From the IMG/VR virus record IMGVR_UViG_3300021364_000001, positions 1 to 64,000 of that record: a stretch of DNA of 64,000 nucleotides. One strand, 5' to 3'. Position 1 is the first letter of the stretch; every line of letters starts with the position of its first letter. Shown piece after piece: positions 17,816-25,486 of this stretch. Source of the DNA: a virus. The position numbers and the translations under genes are program-made. The notes under the pieces were generated by a model. The model worked only from the letters and a program-made list of their open reading frames with translations. It did not search any database and was not told the DNA's origin.

Positions 17816-17983
17816 TCAATAGATTTGTGTCCAGCGAGTGTGTTGTTGTTTGGTAATTTGTCCTGCATGTAACATGTTATCACACACATTAATGAAGACA
17901 TTGAACTTCTCTAATCTATCAAGATTGTGACATGATGCTGTCTCCTTGATAGTGTTAAGAATGAGTTGCTTTGTGATCGGCAT
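17816..17983 (-). CDS. Small early hypothetical protein (55 aa)
   Basis: Manual translation MPITKQLILNTIKETASCHNLDRLEKFNVFINVCDNMLHAGQITKQQHTRWTQIY*. Confidence 0.7.
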   Translation of the reverse strand: MPITKQLILNTIKETASCHNLDRLEKFNVFINVCDNMLHAGQITKQQHTRWTQIY

Positions 17984-18255
17984 CAGCAGAATGCAGGAGT
18001 GTAAGAATCAGGGCACTTGTCAACATTAAAACCAGTTACTTCTGCGCCGTTAGCAACACGCTCAGCAACCTCATGTGAGAAGGTGAGAGCAGTAACAACG
18101 GACCAAGATTGTTGTGCTTTACCATAATCAGAGGGGAAAGTTACACGCTTGATGAAACGTTTGACAACAGTCTTCACACCCTTTTCTTCACATGCTTCGG
18201 CAATGAATGCCTCAGGGAAGAAGTCAACAATGCAGATGGAATTGGTGAGTTGCAT
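17983..18255 (-). CDS. Early hypothetical protein
   Basis: 90-aa ORF downstream of the promoter cassette at 18280-18337. Confidence 0.85.
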   Translation of the reverse strand: MQLTNSICIVDFFPEAFIAEACEEKGVKTVVKRFIKRVTFPSDYGKAQQSWSVVTALTFSHEVAERVANGAEVTGFNVDKCPDSYTPAFC

Positions 18256-18279
18256 GAAGTGAATTCCTTTGACTCTTTA

Positions 18280-18337
18280 ATAATACACGAGAACGGACCC
18301 TGCACAACCGATGGTGTGCAGGTTATCCGATTGGCAC
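18280..18337 (-). promoter_or_regulatory. Early promoter cassette: pseudo-palindrome plus extended -10 (CGTG-TATTAT)
   Basis: GTGCAGGTT-atcc-GATTGGCAC at 18316-37, 30 nt from the -10 box at 18280-85. Confidence 0.7.
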
Positions 18338-18339
18338 AG

Positions 18340-18930
18340 TCACCAGATGGTGGGGCAGGGAGTAAGATTGCTCACGCTGATTTCTTGATAGTCTGCCTTG
18401 GTATTCTGCTCCCGTACGTTATCAATATCAAAGTACAGGTCGATGGTATCAACAGCGCCATGATATTGACGTTGCAGAACATCATCCAACTTGGTGCGAC
18501 TCTTGGCACTCAGAACATCATCGAAACCAGCAACATTGCCAGCAGTGTTGAAACGTGGAGCAACACGAGGAAGAACACTGACAAACAGAATCTTCTCGAT
18601 GGAATTACAACCAGGAGCATAATAGAGTCGTGCTGCTTCTCCGATGGTAGTATTAGCGTAGTTCTTGATATTCTTGTTCACGTTGCTGTTAATTGCTTTG
18701 GCAAGAATAGCAACACGAATATCACCATCAGCATCAAATCCTGCGATGTCGATGTCAAACGTGCCACCGAATGCATCTTCTTGCAGTTGATATTCAAACT
18801 TCCAATCATACTCAGCGAGGTCAGGATTAGCATTCAAAATCTCATCGAGCAGCACTTTGTGCAGTTCGTCAGTACGCTTGGAGGAGCGAACATTCTGGAA
18901 GGAAGTGGTGAGGAACTGTTCGAGAATCAT
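18340..18930 (-). CDS. Putative PD-(D/E)XK nuclease-fold protein
   Basis: FEYQL...GTFDIDIAG...VAILAKAINSN resembles the E...D.D...(E)xK layout of restriction-like nucleases. Preceded by TAGACG-16-TATTAT. Confidence 0.45.
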   Translation of the reverse strand: MILEQFLTTSFQNVRSSKRTDELHKVLLDEILNANPDLAEYDWKFEYQLQEDAFGGTFDIDIAGFDADGDIRVAILAKAINSNVNKNIKNYANTTIGEAARLYYAPGCNSIEKILFVSVLPRVAPRFNTAGNVAGFDDVLSAKSRTKLDDVLQRQYHGAVDTIDLYFDIDNVREQNTKADYQEISVSNLTPCPTIW

Positions 18931-18978
18931 GGGTTGTTTGTCTCAACAATGTAATAATACACGAGCACGAGCATCCGT

Positions 18979-19566
18979 CTAGAACTCGTGGACCACTTCG
19001 CGAGGTGTCACATTCAAATTGAAACTTAGCGTCAAACGGTTAGTGTCATGTTTCTGCAATCTTACGCCATGACGTACAAACGAAGGGAACACAATCAGGT
19101 CCCCCTCGCTAACATCAGGTTCAAGCACAGGTGACTGCTTGAATATATGTGTGTACCCAAGAACTGTGTGGTCTAAGTTCATGTTCTCGAAGTAGAATTT
19201 CCCATCCTTGTCCTTATCAAACTGGATAAAGATGACACCAGAGAAGTTGATGAAATCAGGATAGTTCACATGATGATGTGGTTCCTGTGCATGACCAGAG
19301 TTATACAAATTCAACCAACTGTTGACGATCTCGATGTCACAATCAGGTGGGAAATACTGATAGAGATAAGGTGCTAGGACTTGTCCAAGTTCTTCGGGCG
19401 GGACAACATCTTTCTCCTCAAAATGAGTCGTGAGAACACTACAATTCCAGCGACCCTCGCTATCACTAAGGAGATGCCTAGCAGACTCCAAAAGGGATCC
19501 GAATATCTCCTTGTGATTGTGTAGATGTGCTTTGTGGAACTTGATCGGGAAGAGATACTGGGACAT
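18979..19566 (-). CDS. Putative Fe(II)/2OG oxygenase (TIGR02466-like)
   Basis: SWLNLY...QEPHHH...FSGVIFI...EGDLIVFPSFVRHGV...RLTLSFN. Confidence 0.85.
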   Translation of the reverse strand: MSQYLFPIKFHKAHLHNHKEIFGSLLESARHLLSDSEGRWNCSVLTTHFEEKDVVPPEELGQVLAPYLYQYFPPDCDIEIVNSWLNLYNSGHAQEPHHHVNYPDFINFSGVIFIQFDKDKDGKFYFENMNLDHTVLGYTHIFKQSPVLEPDVSEGDLIVFPSFVRHGVRLQKHDTNRLTLSFNLNVTPREVVHEF

Positions 19567-20050
19567 TAATCAATTTCTTAGTATAGTCATATGCATAGAG
19601 GGTACGATTGCCATGGATTCCCCACCCTAACCAGTACCACGCATGATGCATGTAATGTTTGACAGTTTGTCCTTCTCCTTTTAAGACAAGGGCATAACGT
19701 GTCCACTGCGGTTCATTAACCATGTATCGCAGTTGTGTATCGAAGTCACTAGGACTGCCACCATATTTAAGGGCAAACTTACCTAGTCCATCGTATCTAT
19801 TTTGTGAGGTCCATTGAATCAATCCATACCCACCACGCAAGCATTGGTCGTAAGGTACGATTGCACCGCCTTCACAGATATTGTGCTTGAAGTTACTTTC
19901 CTGCTTGATATTGCCAAGCACAGTCGCGATGGCATTCTTATCACGAATGCCACGATCTTGCAGGAATTGAGTAACCTTCTGCTCTGCTGGTGTGCATCCA
20001 ACGCATTCAATCTGCGGTGGTGGCAGTTCGGTCATCATCATAAGAATCAT
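19478..20050 (-). CDS. Phage tail lysozyme-like (Phage_lysozyme2) muramidase
   Basis: AIATVLGNIKQESNF...GGYGLIQWT..RY..L...QLRYMVNE. Confidence 0.8.
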   Translation of the reverse strand: MILMMMTELPPPQIECVGCTPAEQKVTQFLQDRGIRDKNAIATVLGNIKQESNFKHNICEGGAIVPYDQCLRGGYGLIQWTSQNRYDGLGKFALKYGGSPSDFDTQLRYMVNEPQWTRYALVLKGEGQTVKHYMHHAWYWLGWGIHGNRTLYAYDYTKKLINVPVSLPDQVPQSTSTQSQGDIRIPFGVC

Positions 20051-20069
20051 CCGATAAGGTTGATTTAAT

Positions 20070-20098
20070 AGTGTAATCTACGAGAGCAGAGATGTCAA
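20070..20098 (-). promoter_or_regulatory. sigma70-type promoter (TTGACA-17-TACACT) for the lysozyme-like gene
   Basis: Plus strand agtgta 20070-75 and tgtcaa 20093-98. Confidence 0.75.
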
Positions 20099-20319
20099 CT
20101 CTGCTTAGAATTTCCAGGTTGCTTTGTTGCCAACTGGGACAAGTGTGGGGATTTGAGCAACTCATGTTGGTAGTCTAATTCGTTATACAATGAGTCTAGT
20201 AATCCTTGCACATAGTCACTCTTAACGCCCCTACATGTAGTCATGAGTTCTAATACTTTGTTCTTGGCATCTTCAAGAACATAGCATTCTTTGGTGCGAA
20301 CATCGATCCCTGTTGTCAT
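20095..20319 (-). CDS. Hypothetical protein
   Basis: 74-aa ORF, ATGA overlap. Confidence 0.7.
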   Translation of the reverse strand: MTTGIDVRTKECYVLEDAKNKVLELMTTCRGVKSDYVQGLLDSLYNELDYQHELLKSPHLSQLATKQPGNSKQS

Positions 20320-20507
20320 GCGAAACCGCCTCCTTTTGTCTTTGCATCGATTACTTCAACGTGGTCACAATACTGTGGATAATTCCACCATGCTTCGATG
20401 ACTTGCATGTAGTCATCAACAACCTTCACAGATCCATCAACACAGAATATCTTATATCTATGTCGATTGTAAGGATTCTCTGACGTTAATGTGAAGAAGT
20501 CTGTCAT
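20316..20507 (-). CDS. Hypothetical protein
   Basis: 63-aa ORF, ATGA overlap. Confidence 0.75.
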   Translation of the reverse strand: MTDFFTLTSENPYNRHRYKIFCVDGSVKVVDDYMQVIEAWWNYPQYCDHVEVIDAKTKGGGFA

Positions 20508-20716
20508 CGATACTTAGCACAAACGTCATCGTAAGATGCACCATGGGGCACAGACTTACAGAATCGTGACATCTTACTGTCTTGCATATCTGAGACAGCA
20601 TTGATAGCAGAACAACCAATAATGCTGCCTACAAAGACAACAATGGCAACGAGAGCGAGGCGCATGACAATAAAGAATGAAGGAAAAGAGGGGAGGTCTC
20701 GCGTCAGGAGACACAA
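20504..20716 (-). CDS. Small membrane/secreted protein
   Basis: MRLALVAIVVFVGSIIGC hydrophobic segment; the true start is probably this internal Met. Confidence 0.65.
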   Translation of the reverse strand: MCLLTRDLPSFPSFFIVMRLALVAIVVFVGSIIGCSAINAVSDMQDSKMSRFCKSVPHGASYDDVCAKYR

Positions 20717-20741
20717 TTATATAGACCCTCTATGTGATAAT

Positions 20742-20930
20742 TTACTTCTGGAACTTACCGTGCTTGAATGCAGCAAACTCAGGGTTATTTACCCAACGAC
20801 CGACAGAACAATCCCACACGATGGGCAGCGGTTCAGCAGGAGGATGCTTATGAGATACTTTGGCAAGCAATTCGCGAGACTCAGCGAACAGTTCGTCGAG
20901 AGTGTAGCGAGCGGGGCGAACACCGTACAT
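20742..20930 (-). CDS. Early hypothetical protein
   Basis: 62-aa ORF downstream of TATAAT at 20956-61. Confidence 0.65.
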   Translation of the reverse strand: MYGVRPARYTLDELFAESRELLAKVSHKHPPAEPLPIVWDCSVGRWVNNPEFAAFKHGKFQK

Positions 20931-20997
20931 GGTTGGTTCCGTTGATTACTTTGTAATTATAGGGGCAGAGGTGTCCCCGACACTATTTAGTGTGACA

Positions 20998-21516
20998 CTA
21001 AGCAATGTGGACACCTCGGTGTGGACAGATCGCACCGAGACTGATACGAATATCATTCGTCGGTGGTTCGCCATCATGCTCCATTAGTGAATCAAATACA
21101 ATGATTCTACCACGCCTAAATGGTACTCTCTTGCCATTTGCAAAGGTAGTATCACCATCCTCACCATATGCATGGTAGATGATACTCGTAGCAGGACGAT
21201 TGAAGTCAGTATGTGTCTGTGAGGTGTGTCCAGGGTTCTGTGCATTAACTAGCAATCTATGCACATGTGTGAGTGGTAGATCCTTGCATATATCCTTCAT
21301 GATACACTCATTGAAGTATGCAAAGAACCAATACCATGGTGTCTCTTGGGTGAATTCATTGTCTCTGATGACAGTATTGCCCCAGAATCGTGCCTTACTA
21401 TAATCACCATAAGGTGTGTTGTTATAGAAGAATGGAAAGTCTGTCGCAAGATAGTTTCCAACGTCATCTACAATCCAATCAGGAAAGTATCCATCTATTA
21501 CTCTAATGTCACTCAT
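20998..21516 (-). CDS. Putative Fe(II)/2OG oxygenase
   Basis: QTHTDF (HxD)...GDTTF...GRIIVFDSLMEHDG...RISL. Confidence 0.85.
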   Translation of the reverse strand: MSDIRVIDGYFPDWIVDDVGNYLATDFPFFYNNTPYGDYSKARFWGNTVIRDNEFTQETPWYWFFAYFNECIMKDICKDLPLTHVHRLLVNAQNPGHTSQTHTDFNRPATSIIYHAYGEDGDTTFANGKRVPFRRGRIIVFDSLMEHDGEPPTNDIRISLGAICPHRGVHIA

Positions 21517-22103
21517 TTGATTCTAAAATTAGCAGATACAGTTATGCGAGCAGTCTCACTCTCAGGTTGTGGTGATACATGATGATGTAGATGAGAAGGG
21601 AAGATAATTATATCACCTTCCTTTACATGTGGGAACCATGTATTTGTTACTGGGTAGTGCTTACTGAAATACCCATGATGCATGTCTTGGTTAGGATTGT
21701 AGAACACAAATCTACCATCCTTCTCAGGATCGTACTGTAAGAAGTAAGCACAACTAAATGCAGTGTTATCTCCTCCACAATGTGTATGTACCTCTTGTGA
21801 ATTCCCCTGGTGATATACATTTATCCATGCTTCCGTCATTTCTATGCTCGTGAGTGGTTTCCCACCCAGTTGGACGTGCATGTCCATGAGATTATCGGAA
21901 ATGTAGTTGTTGAACATCTGCCATGAAAAATCGTTCTGATTCGTGTCACTTTCAAAGGACGACGAAACAGAACAATTCCATTCAGCAGGTTGTGTTAATT
22001 GTGCTGTACCCAATTCATACAGCAGCATTGCTTTCAATGCATCATGCTTTGCTACTTCTCCATGATAATACCATTTTGGAAATAGATTCTGAACTTTACC
22101 CAT
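21513..22103 (-). CDS. Putative Fe(II)/2OG oxygenase (TIGR02466-like)
   Basis: AWINVY...QEVHTH...FSCAYFL...EGDIIIFPSHLHHHV...RITVSANF. Confidence 0.85.
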   Translation of the reverse strand: MGKVQNLFPKWYYHGEVAKHDALKAMLLYELGTAQLTQPAEWNCSVSSSFESDTNQNDFSWQMFNNYISDNLMDMHVQLGGKPLTSIEMTEAWINVYHQGNSQEVHTHCGGDNTAFSCAYFLQYDPEKDGRFVFYNPNQDMHHGYFSKHYPVTNTWFPHVKEGDIIIFPSHLHHHVSPQPESETARITVSANFRIK

Positions 22104-23344
22104 TATGCAACAAGAGACAGAGGAGGAATACCTTTGACAAATATAGCATCAACAACCTTATCGAGTCGGTTGATGACATGCTTGCCATAAGATTTGTGAA
22201 CAGGAACGGCAACGAAACCAGTGGGTTTGTTGTAGAAACCCCACTGCTGGGGTTGAAGTTCACCAGACTGCAAACGTGCAGCGTCATCCTTATCTAGGCG
22301 GATAACACGACCGATGGTTTGTGCCATCTCAACCACGTTAAGATTACGCAGAAGAATGCAGTGAGTGAGACCAGGGACGTTGATACCCTCAGACAGAATA
22401 GAGTAGTGGAACACAACAAACTTGCGACCTTCTTCCTTACCCCAGTCAGTCAGAGTCTGGAAGAATACCTCACGAGATACCTTCACACCGTCAATGATTG
22501 CACCGAACTTAGAAGTAACGTGCATAACATTGTAGTCACGTTCTTGCAACTGAGCGAGGAGATCTGTCTGACTGATCATGTTACCCAGCACACGACTGGA
22601 TGGCACAGCAACAAGAACTTTGGCAGCGTGAGACTCATCGATCTGGTCAATGATGTCACACACAGTGTCAGCATCAACGTGATGGATGTTCTTCTTATCG
22701 CGAGTCAGATCTGTCTCGAAGGGAACAATCGTGGGGCGGAGGATATGACCCTGCTCAATGAGTTCAGGAGCAGGAACATTGCAGATGATGCCACCATAGA
22801 CATCACTATTACCCATCGAGCGGTCATGCTTACGAGAAATGCGAGGAGTAGCAGTAAAGAAATAGCAACGATCAGCGACCATGGATGTTGCAGCAGTGCC
22901 AATAAAGAACTGCTTTGCAACACTGTTGTGTGCTTCGTCAAAGTATGCACAGTCGATGCTGATGCCACTGTCAATCACCTTGGGGAGAGTGTGATAGGTG
23001 GTGAAGATAATGCAGGACTCACCTGCTGTCCGTGCAGTGTTATTGAACAGTGCAATCTTGTCGGACTTGGTGCTGCTGAAATGTGCAGTCTCACCACTGT
23101 GTGCATGACAAACATGCACGTTGCTAGTATCAATGAACGACAGAAACTCGTCGCACAGTTGATTAGCAAGCAGAATGCGAGGAGCAACTACAACAATGGT
23201 GCGAGACTGTGCCAGCAACTTGATAGCGTGCTGAATCATGATGATGGTCTTGCCACCACCAGTAGGCACAATGATCTGACCCTTGTCGGCATCAGTCATC
23301 GCGTCGAGAGCACGCTGCTGGTGGGGACGGAGGGTGATGGTCAT
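22103..23344 (-). CDS. SF2 (DExH) helicase
   Basis: LRPHQ (Q motif), PTGGGKT (I), DEAH (II), TAT (III), LSEGINVP (V), QTIGRVIR (VI). Confidence 0.9.
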   Translation of the reverse strand: MTITLRPHQQRALDAMTDADKGQIIVPTGGGKTIIMIQHAIKLLAQSRTIVVVAPRILLANQLCDEFLSFIDTSNVHVCHAHSGETAHFSSTKSDKIALFNNTARTAGESCIIFTTYHTLPKVIDSGISIDCAYFDEAHNSVAKQFFIGTAATSMVADRCYFFTATPRISRKHDRSMGNSDVYGGIICNVPAPELIEQGHILRPTIVPFETDLTRDKKNIHHVDADTVCDIIDQIDESHAAKVLVAVPSSRVLGNMISQTDLLAQLQERDYNVMHVTSKFGAIIDGVKVSREVFFQTLTDWGKEEGRKFVVFHYSILSEGINVPGLTHCILLRNLNVVEMAQTIGRVIRLDKDDAARLQSGELQPQQWGFYNKPTGFVAVPVHKSYGKHVINRLDKVVDAIFVKGIPPLSLVA

Positions 23345-23360
23345 GCTGTGGGTTGAACGT

Positions 23361-23423
23361 CCCCTAATTATACACGAAAACAGGGCGCTGTGCGCCCCCT
23401 GTACCAGTCCTGTGACTGTCCAC
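23361..23423 (-). repeat. Early promoter cassette, copy A of a ~60-bp direct repeat
   Basis: cccctaattatacacgaaaacagggcgctgtgcgccc...gtaccagtcctgtgactgtc; TATAAT at 23367-72. Confidence 0.85.
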
Positions 23424-23737
23424 TAGTTTAGTATCCAAATAACAAAACTAATACCACCAATAATAAGAAAGATCCACCATGCTGATATAAAGATATATGC
23501 AGCAACTATCAATGCCAATAATGCTAACACTGATGTACCGTCAACACTATCACTGTTATCATTATCTTGATAGTCTGATCGGTGAAATGTGTGGACTGGT
23601 TTAGCAGCGACTGCTTCACCCCCAGTGACATTTTCTGCCTCAGTAATTGCTTCATTGCGTGTCACACAATCGTGAACTGTGATGGTTTTGTAACCGTAAC
23701 CATCACTTCTTTTGATTGTTACTTCCCACTCTGTCAT
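23423..23737 (-). CDS. Early membrane protein
   Basis: 104 aa with a C-terminal hydrophobic segment (VLALLALIVAAYIFISAWWIFLIIGGISFVIWIL). Confidence 0.8.
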   Translation of the reverse strand: MTEWEVTIKRSDGYGYKTITVHDCVTRNEAITEAENVTGGEAVAAKPVHTFHRSDYQDNDNSDSVDGTSVLALLALIVAAYIFISAWWIFLIIGGISFVIWILN

Positions 23738-23752
23738 AGGTAGTAGTTCGTT

Positions 23753-23812
23753 CCCCTAATTATACACGAAAACAGGGCGCTATGCGCCCCGTGTGCCAGT
23801 CTTCTGACTGTC
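23753..23812 (-). repeat. Early promoter cassette, copy B of a ~60-bp direct repeat
   Basis: cccctaattatacacgaaaacagggcgctatgcgccccgtgtgccagtcttctgactgtc; TATAAT at 23759-64. Confidence 0.85.
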
Positions 23813-23856
23813 TAGGTATTCTTTTATATACTTTGCTTTAATTGCGTACCAATCAA

Positions 23857-24186
23857 TCATCTTGCTGCTAATTCGGGTAGTAGTTCATTGCCTGGGTGAT
23901 CATTTGTCTCTCCATGATATGCTTTAACATGGTTAAAGTAAGTATCATCGAGTTCTAATTCATCCCAGTATTGATTGAAGACTAGCACACAACATTTGTT
24001 CAGTTGTTGTTTAGAACCAGGAGGATTAGGTTTTTCACTAATACAAATGGTGATGTATGCATCATCTACAAATTCTATATATCCTTCCACATCATGCCAT
24101 TTTACCCTAGCACCAGGTGATAGCGAGTTGATAATGTTTCTGATTTCCAATGCTGGTGCTTCTGAGATGAAGAGTGGAGTAGTCAT
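23857..24186 (-). CDS. Hypothetical protein
   Basis: 109-aa ORF, ATGA overlap with the upstream oxygenase gene. Confidence 0.8.
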   Translation of the reverse strand: MTTPLFISEAPALEIRNIINSLSPGARVKWHDVEGYIEFVDDAYITICISEKPNPPGSKQQLNKCCVLVFNQYWDELELDDTYFNHVKAYHGETNDHPGNELLPELAAR

Positions 24187-24788
24187 AAGGTTAGCAGCGA
24201 AGTTGGGTTACCGAAATCACCTCGTAACATGATGTTAAATGCTAATGAGTACCTCCTGATTGTGTCCTGGTTTGGTTTAACTGAGTGTACCAGGTCACTA
24301 GGGAAGATCAACACCATACCGTCCTGTGGCGTAACTGTCCACCGTGGAGAGTTATAGATGTTGTAGTGTGCTCTATCTGGGTCGATTGTTGCATACTTGT
24401 ACTGACTAAACACCAGGTCACCACAATTAGGGTGTGTCTTTAAGTATACAATACCACTCCACATACTGTGTCTGTGGTTATGTTCATGAGTAGAATCCAT
24501 GTGCTCATGTATATTTACCCATGAACATGGTACGTCAATAATATACTTGTCCTCAACACCTTGCACACCATGAATATACTCACTGATGTGTGGTTTGAGA
24601 AACTCTGTCATCTCAGGTATCTCTTTTAAGATATTCTGCTCAACAGAACTAACACCACCACGATACATGCCAGTGAAATTGCGATACTCTAAGTTTTCGA
24701 TCTTGTCCAGAATATCGGGCATAGTGTCATCAACAGCACAATACACTGGTGATGAGAACAATGGGAGTATTTCACTTGAAGTTGGCAT
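24183..24788 (-). CDS. Putative Fe(II)/2OG oxygenase (TIGR02466-like)
   Basis: SWVNI...HEHNHRHSMWSGIVYL...GMVLIFPSDLVHSV...RYSLAFN. Confidence 0.85.
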   Translation of the reverse strand: MPTSSEILPLFSSPVYCAVDDTMPDILDKIENLEYRNFTGMYRGGVSSVEQNILKEIPEMTEFLKPHISEYIHGVQGVEDKYIIDVPCSWVNIHEHMDSTHEHNHRHSMWSGIVYLKTHPNCGDLVFSQYKYATIDPDRAHYNIYNSPRWTVTPQDGMVLIFPSDLVHSVKPNQDTIRRYSLAFNIMLRGDFGNPTSLLTL

Positions 24789-25296
24789 TGATTAAGATCC
24801 TGTTCTTGTGCTTGCTGGGTGAGTGCCCAGTGTGCATGTGTCGTCCGTTGAATGTTAGAAGTCTGTTCTTTTTCGGTTGCACACGAACGATGTCGTGATC
24901 ATTCTTGTCTCCCAGAATAATAGTGTCGCCATCAGTGTCGTTGACATAATAGATACACACGGTGTGAGGTTCTTTGGCGTCTACATGAAAGTCATGACGA
25001 TAACCCTCAGGATTATATAGTGTCATATCTGCTCTCACTCGTAGACATTTCTTGGCAGATACTTCATCCTGCATTCTTTGTACTAATGGTGCAAAGTCAG
25101 GATCTCCATCTTCTGACAACCAATGATTGAATCCATGTGCCTGTATATTATCACACCCATGTGTGAGTGTGTGTTGATAAAACCATGGAAACTCCCACCC
25201 CATGAGTATATCATGAAGGTGGGCATGATAGTCTACATCAAGAAAATCATCGATGATCCTCATGTCGGAGATGTAAGGTGGTCGCAATTTCATCAA
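24772..25296 (-). CDS. Putative Fe(II)/2OG oxygenase
   Basis: DFHVDA (HxD)...IYYVNDTDGDT...PKKNRLLTFNGRHMHTG...RILINANF. Confidence 0.85.
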   Translation of the reverse strand: MMKLRPPYISDMRIIDDFLDVDYHAHLHDILMGWEFPWFYQHTLTHGCDNIQAHGFNHWLSEDGDPDFAPLVQRMQDEVSAKKCLRVRADMTLYNPEGYRHDFHVDAKEPHTVCIYYVNDTDGDTIILGDKNDHDIVRVQPKKNRLLTFNGRHMHTGHSPSKHKNRILINANFK

Positions 25297-25486
25297 TCAA
25301 TTTCCTTTTGCTAAGAGGAACTTCACCATACTTCTGATAATACTCTTTTTGAAGACTGAACAGTGCATGTTTGAGTAACACTTTCTGTTCCTCGGTCAGT
25401 TGTTGCGTTTTGAGAAACATGGTCATCACAGGCAGAGAACCGTAACTATTTAACGGTGGTAACCATTGCATTGTAGCGAAACTCAA
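25247..25486 (-). CDS. Small hypothetical protein
   Basis: Probable start at the internal MFLKTQQLTEEQK. Confidence 0.6.
   Translation of the reverse strand: MSFATMQWLPPLNSYGSLPVMTMFLKTQQLTEEQKVLLKHALFSLQKEYYQKYGEVPLSKRKLIDEIATTLHLRHEDHR

Noticed and set aside
20374-20382. Isolated perfect DnaA box (TGTGGATAA)
   Set aside because: A single copy inside a coding region (Asn-Tyr-Pro-Gln codons); a few such hits are expected by chance.
20956-20998. Counting the GTGTCACACTAAATAGTGTC element as a sixth palindrome-type early cassette
   Set aside because: It is only ~15 nt from the TATAAT, matches the consensus weakly, and contains a CTAAATA late-like core, so its class is ambiguous.
18109-23356. 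Long plus-strand ORFs 18109..18954 and 22319..23356 (likewise 39279..40244, 54368..55339, 61206..61988)
   Set aside because: Each is fully antisense to a well-supported minus-strand gene and shows no independent evidence of coding.
16441-23812. CRISPR-like array reading of the repeated palindromic cassettes
   Set aside because: The copies are hundreds to thousands of bp apart, separated by whole genes and tied to -10 boxes; there is no regular repeat-spacer period and no cas genes.
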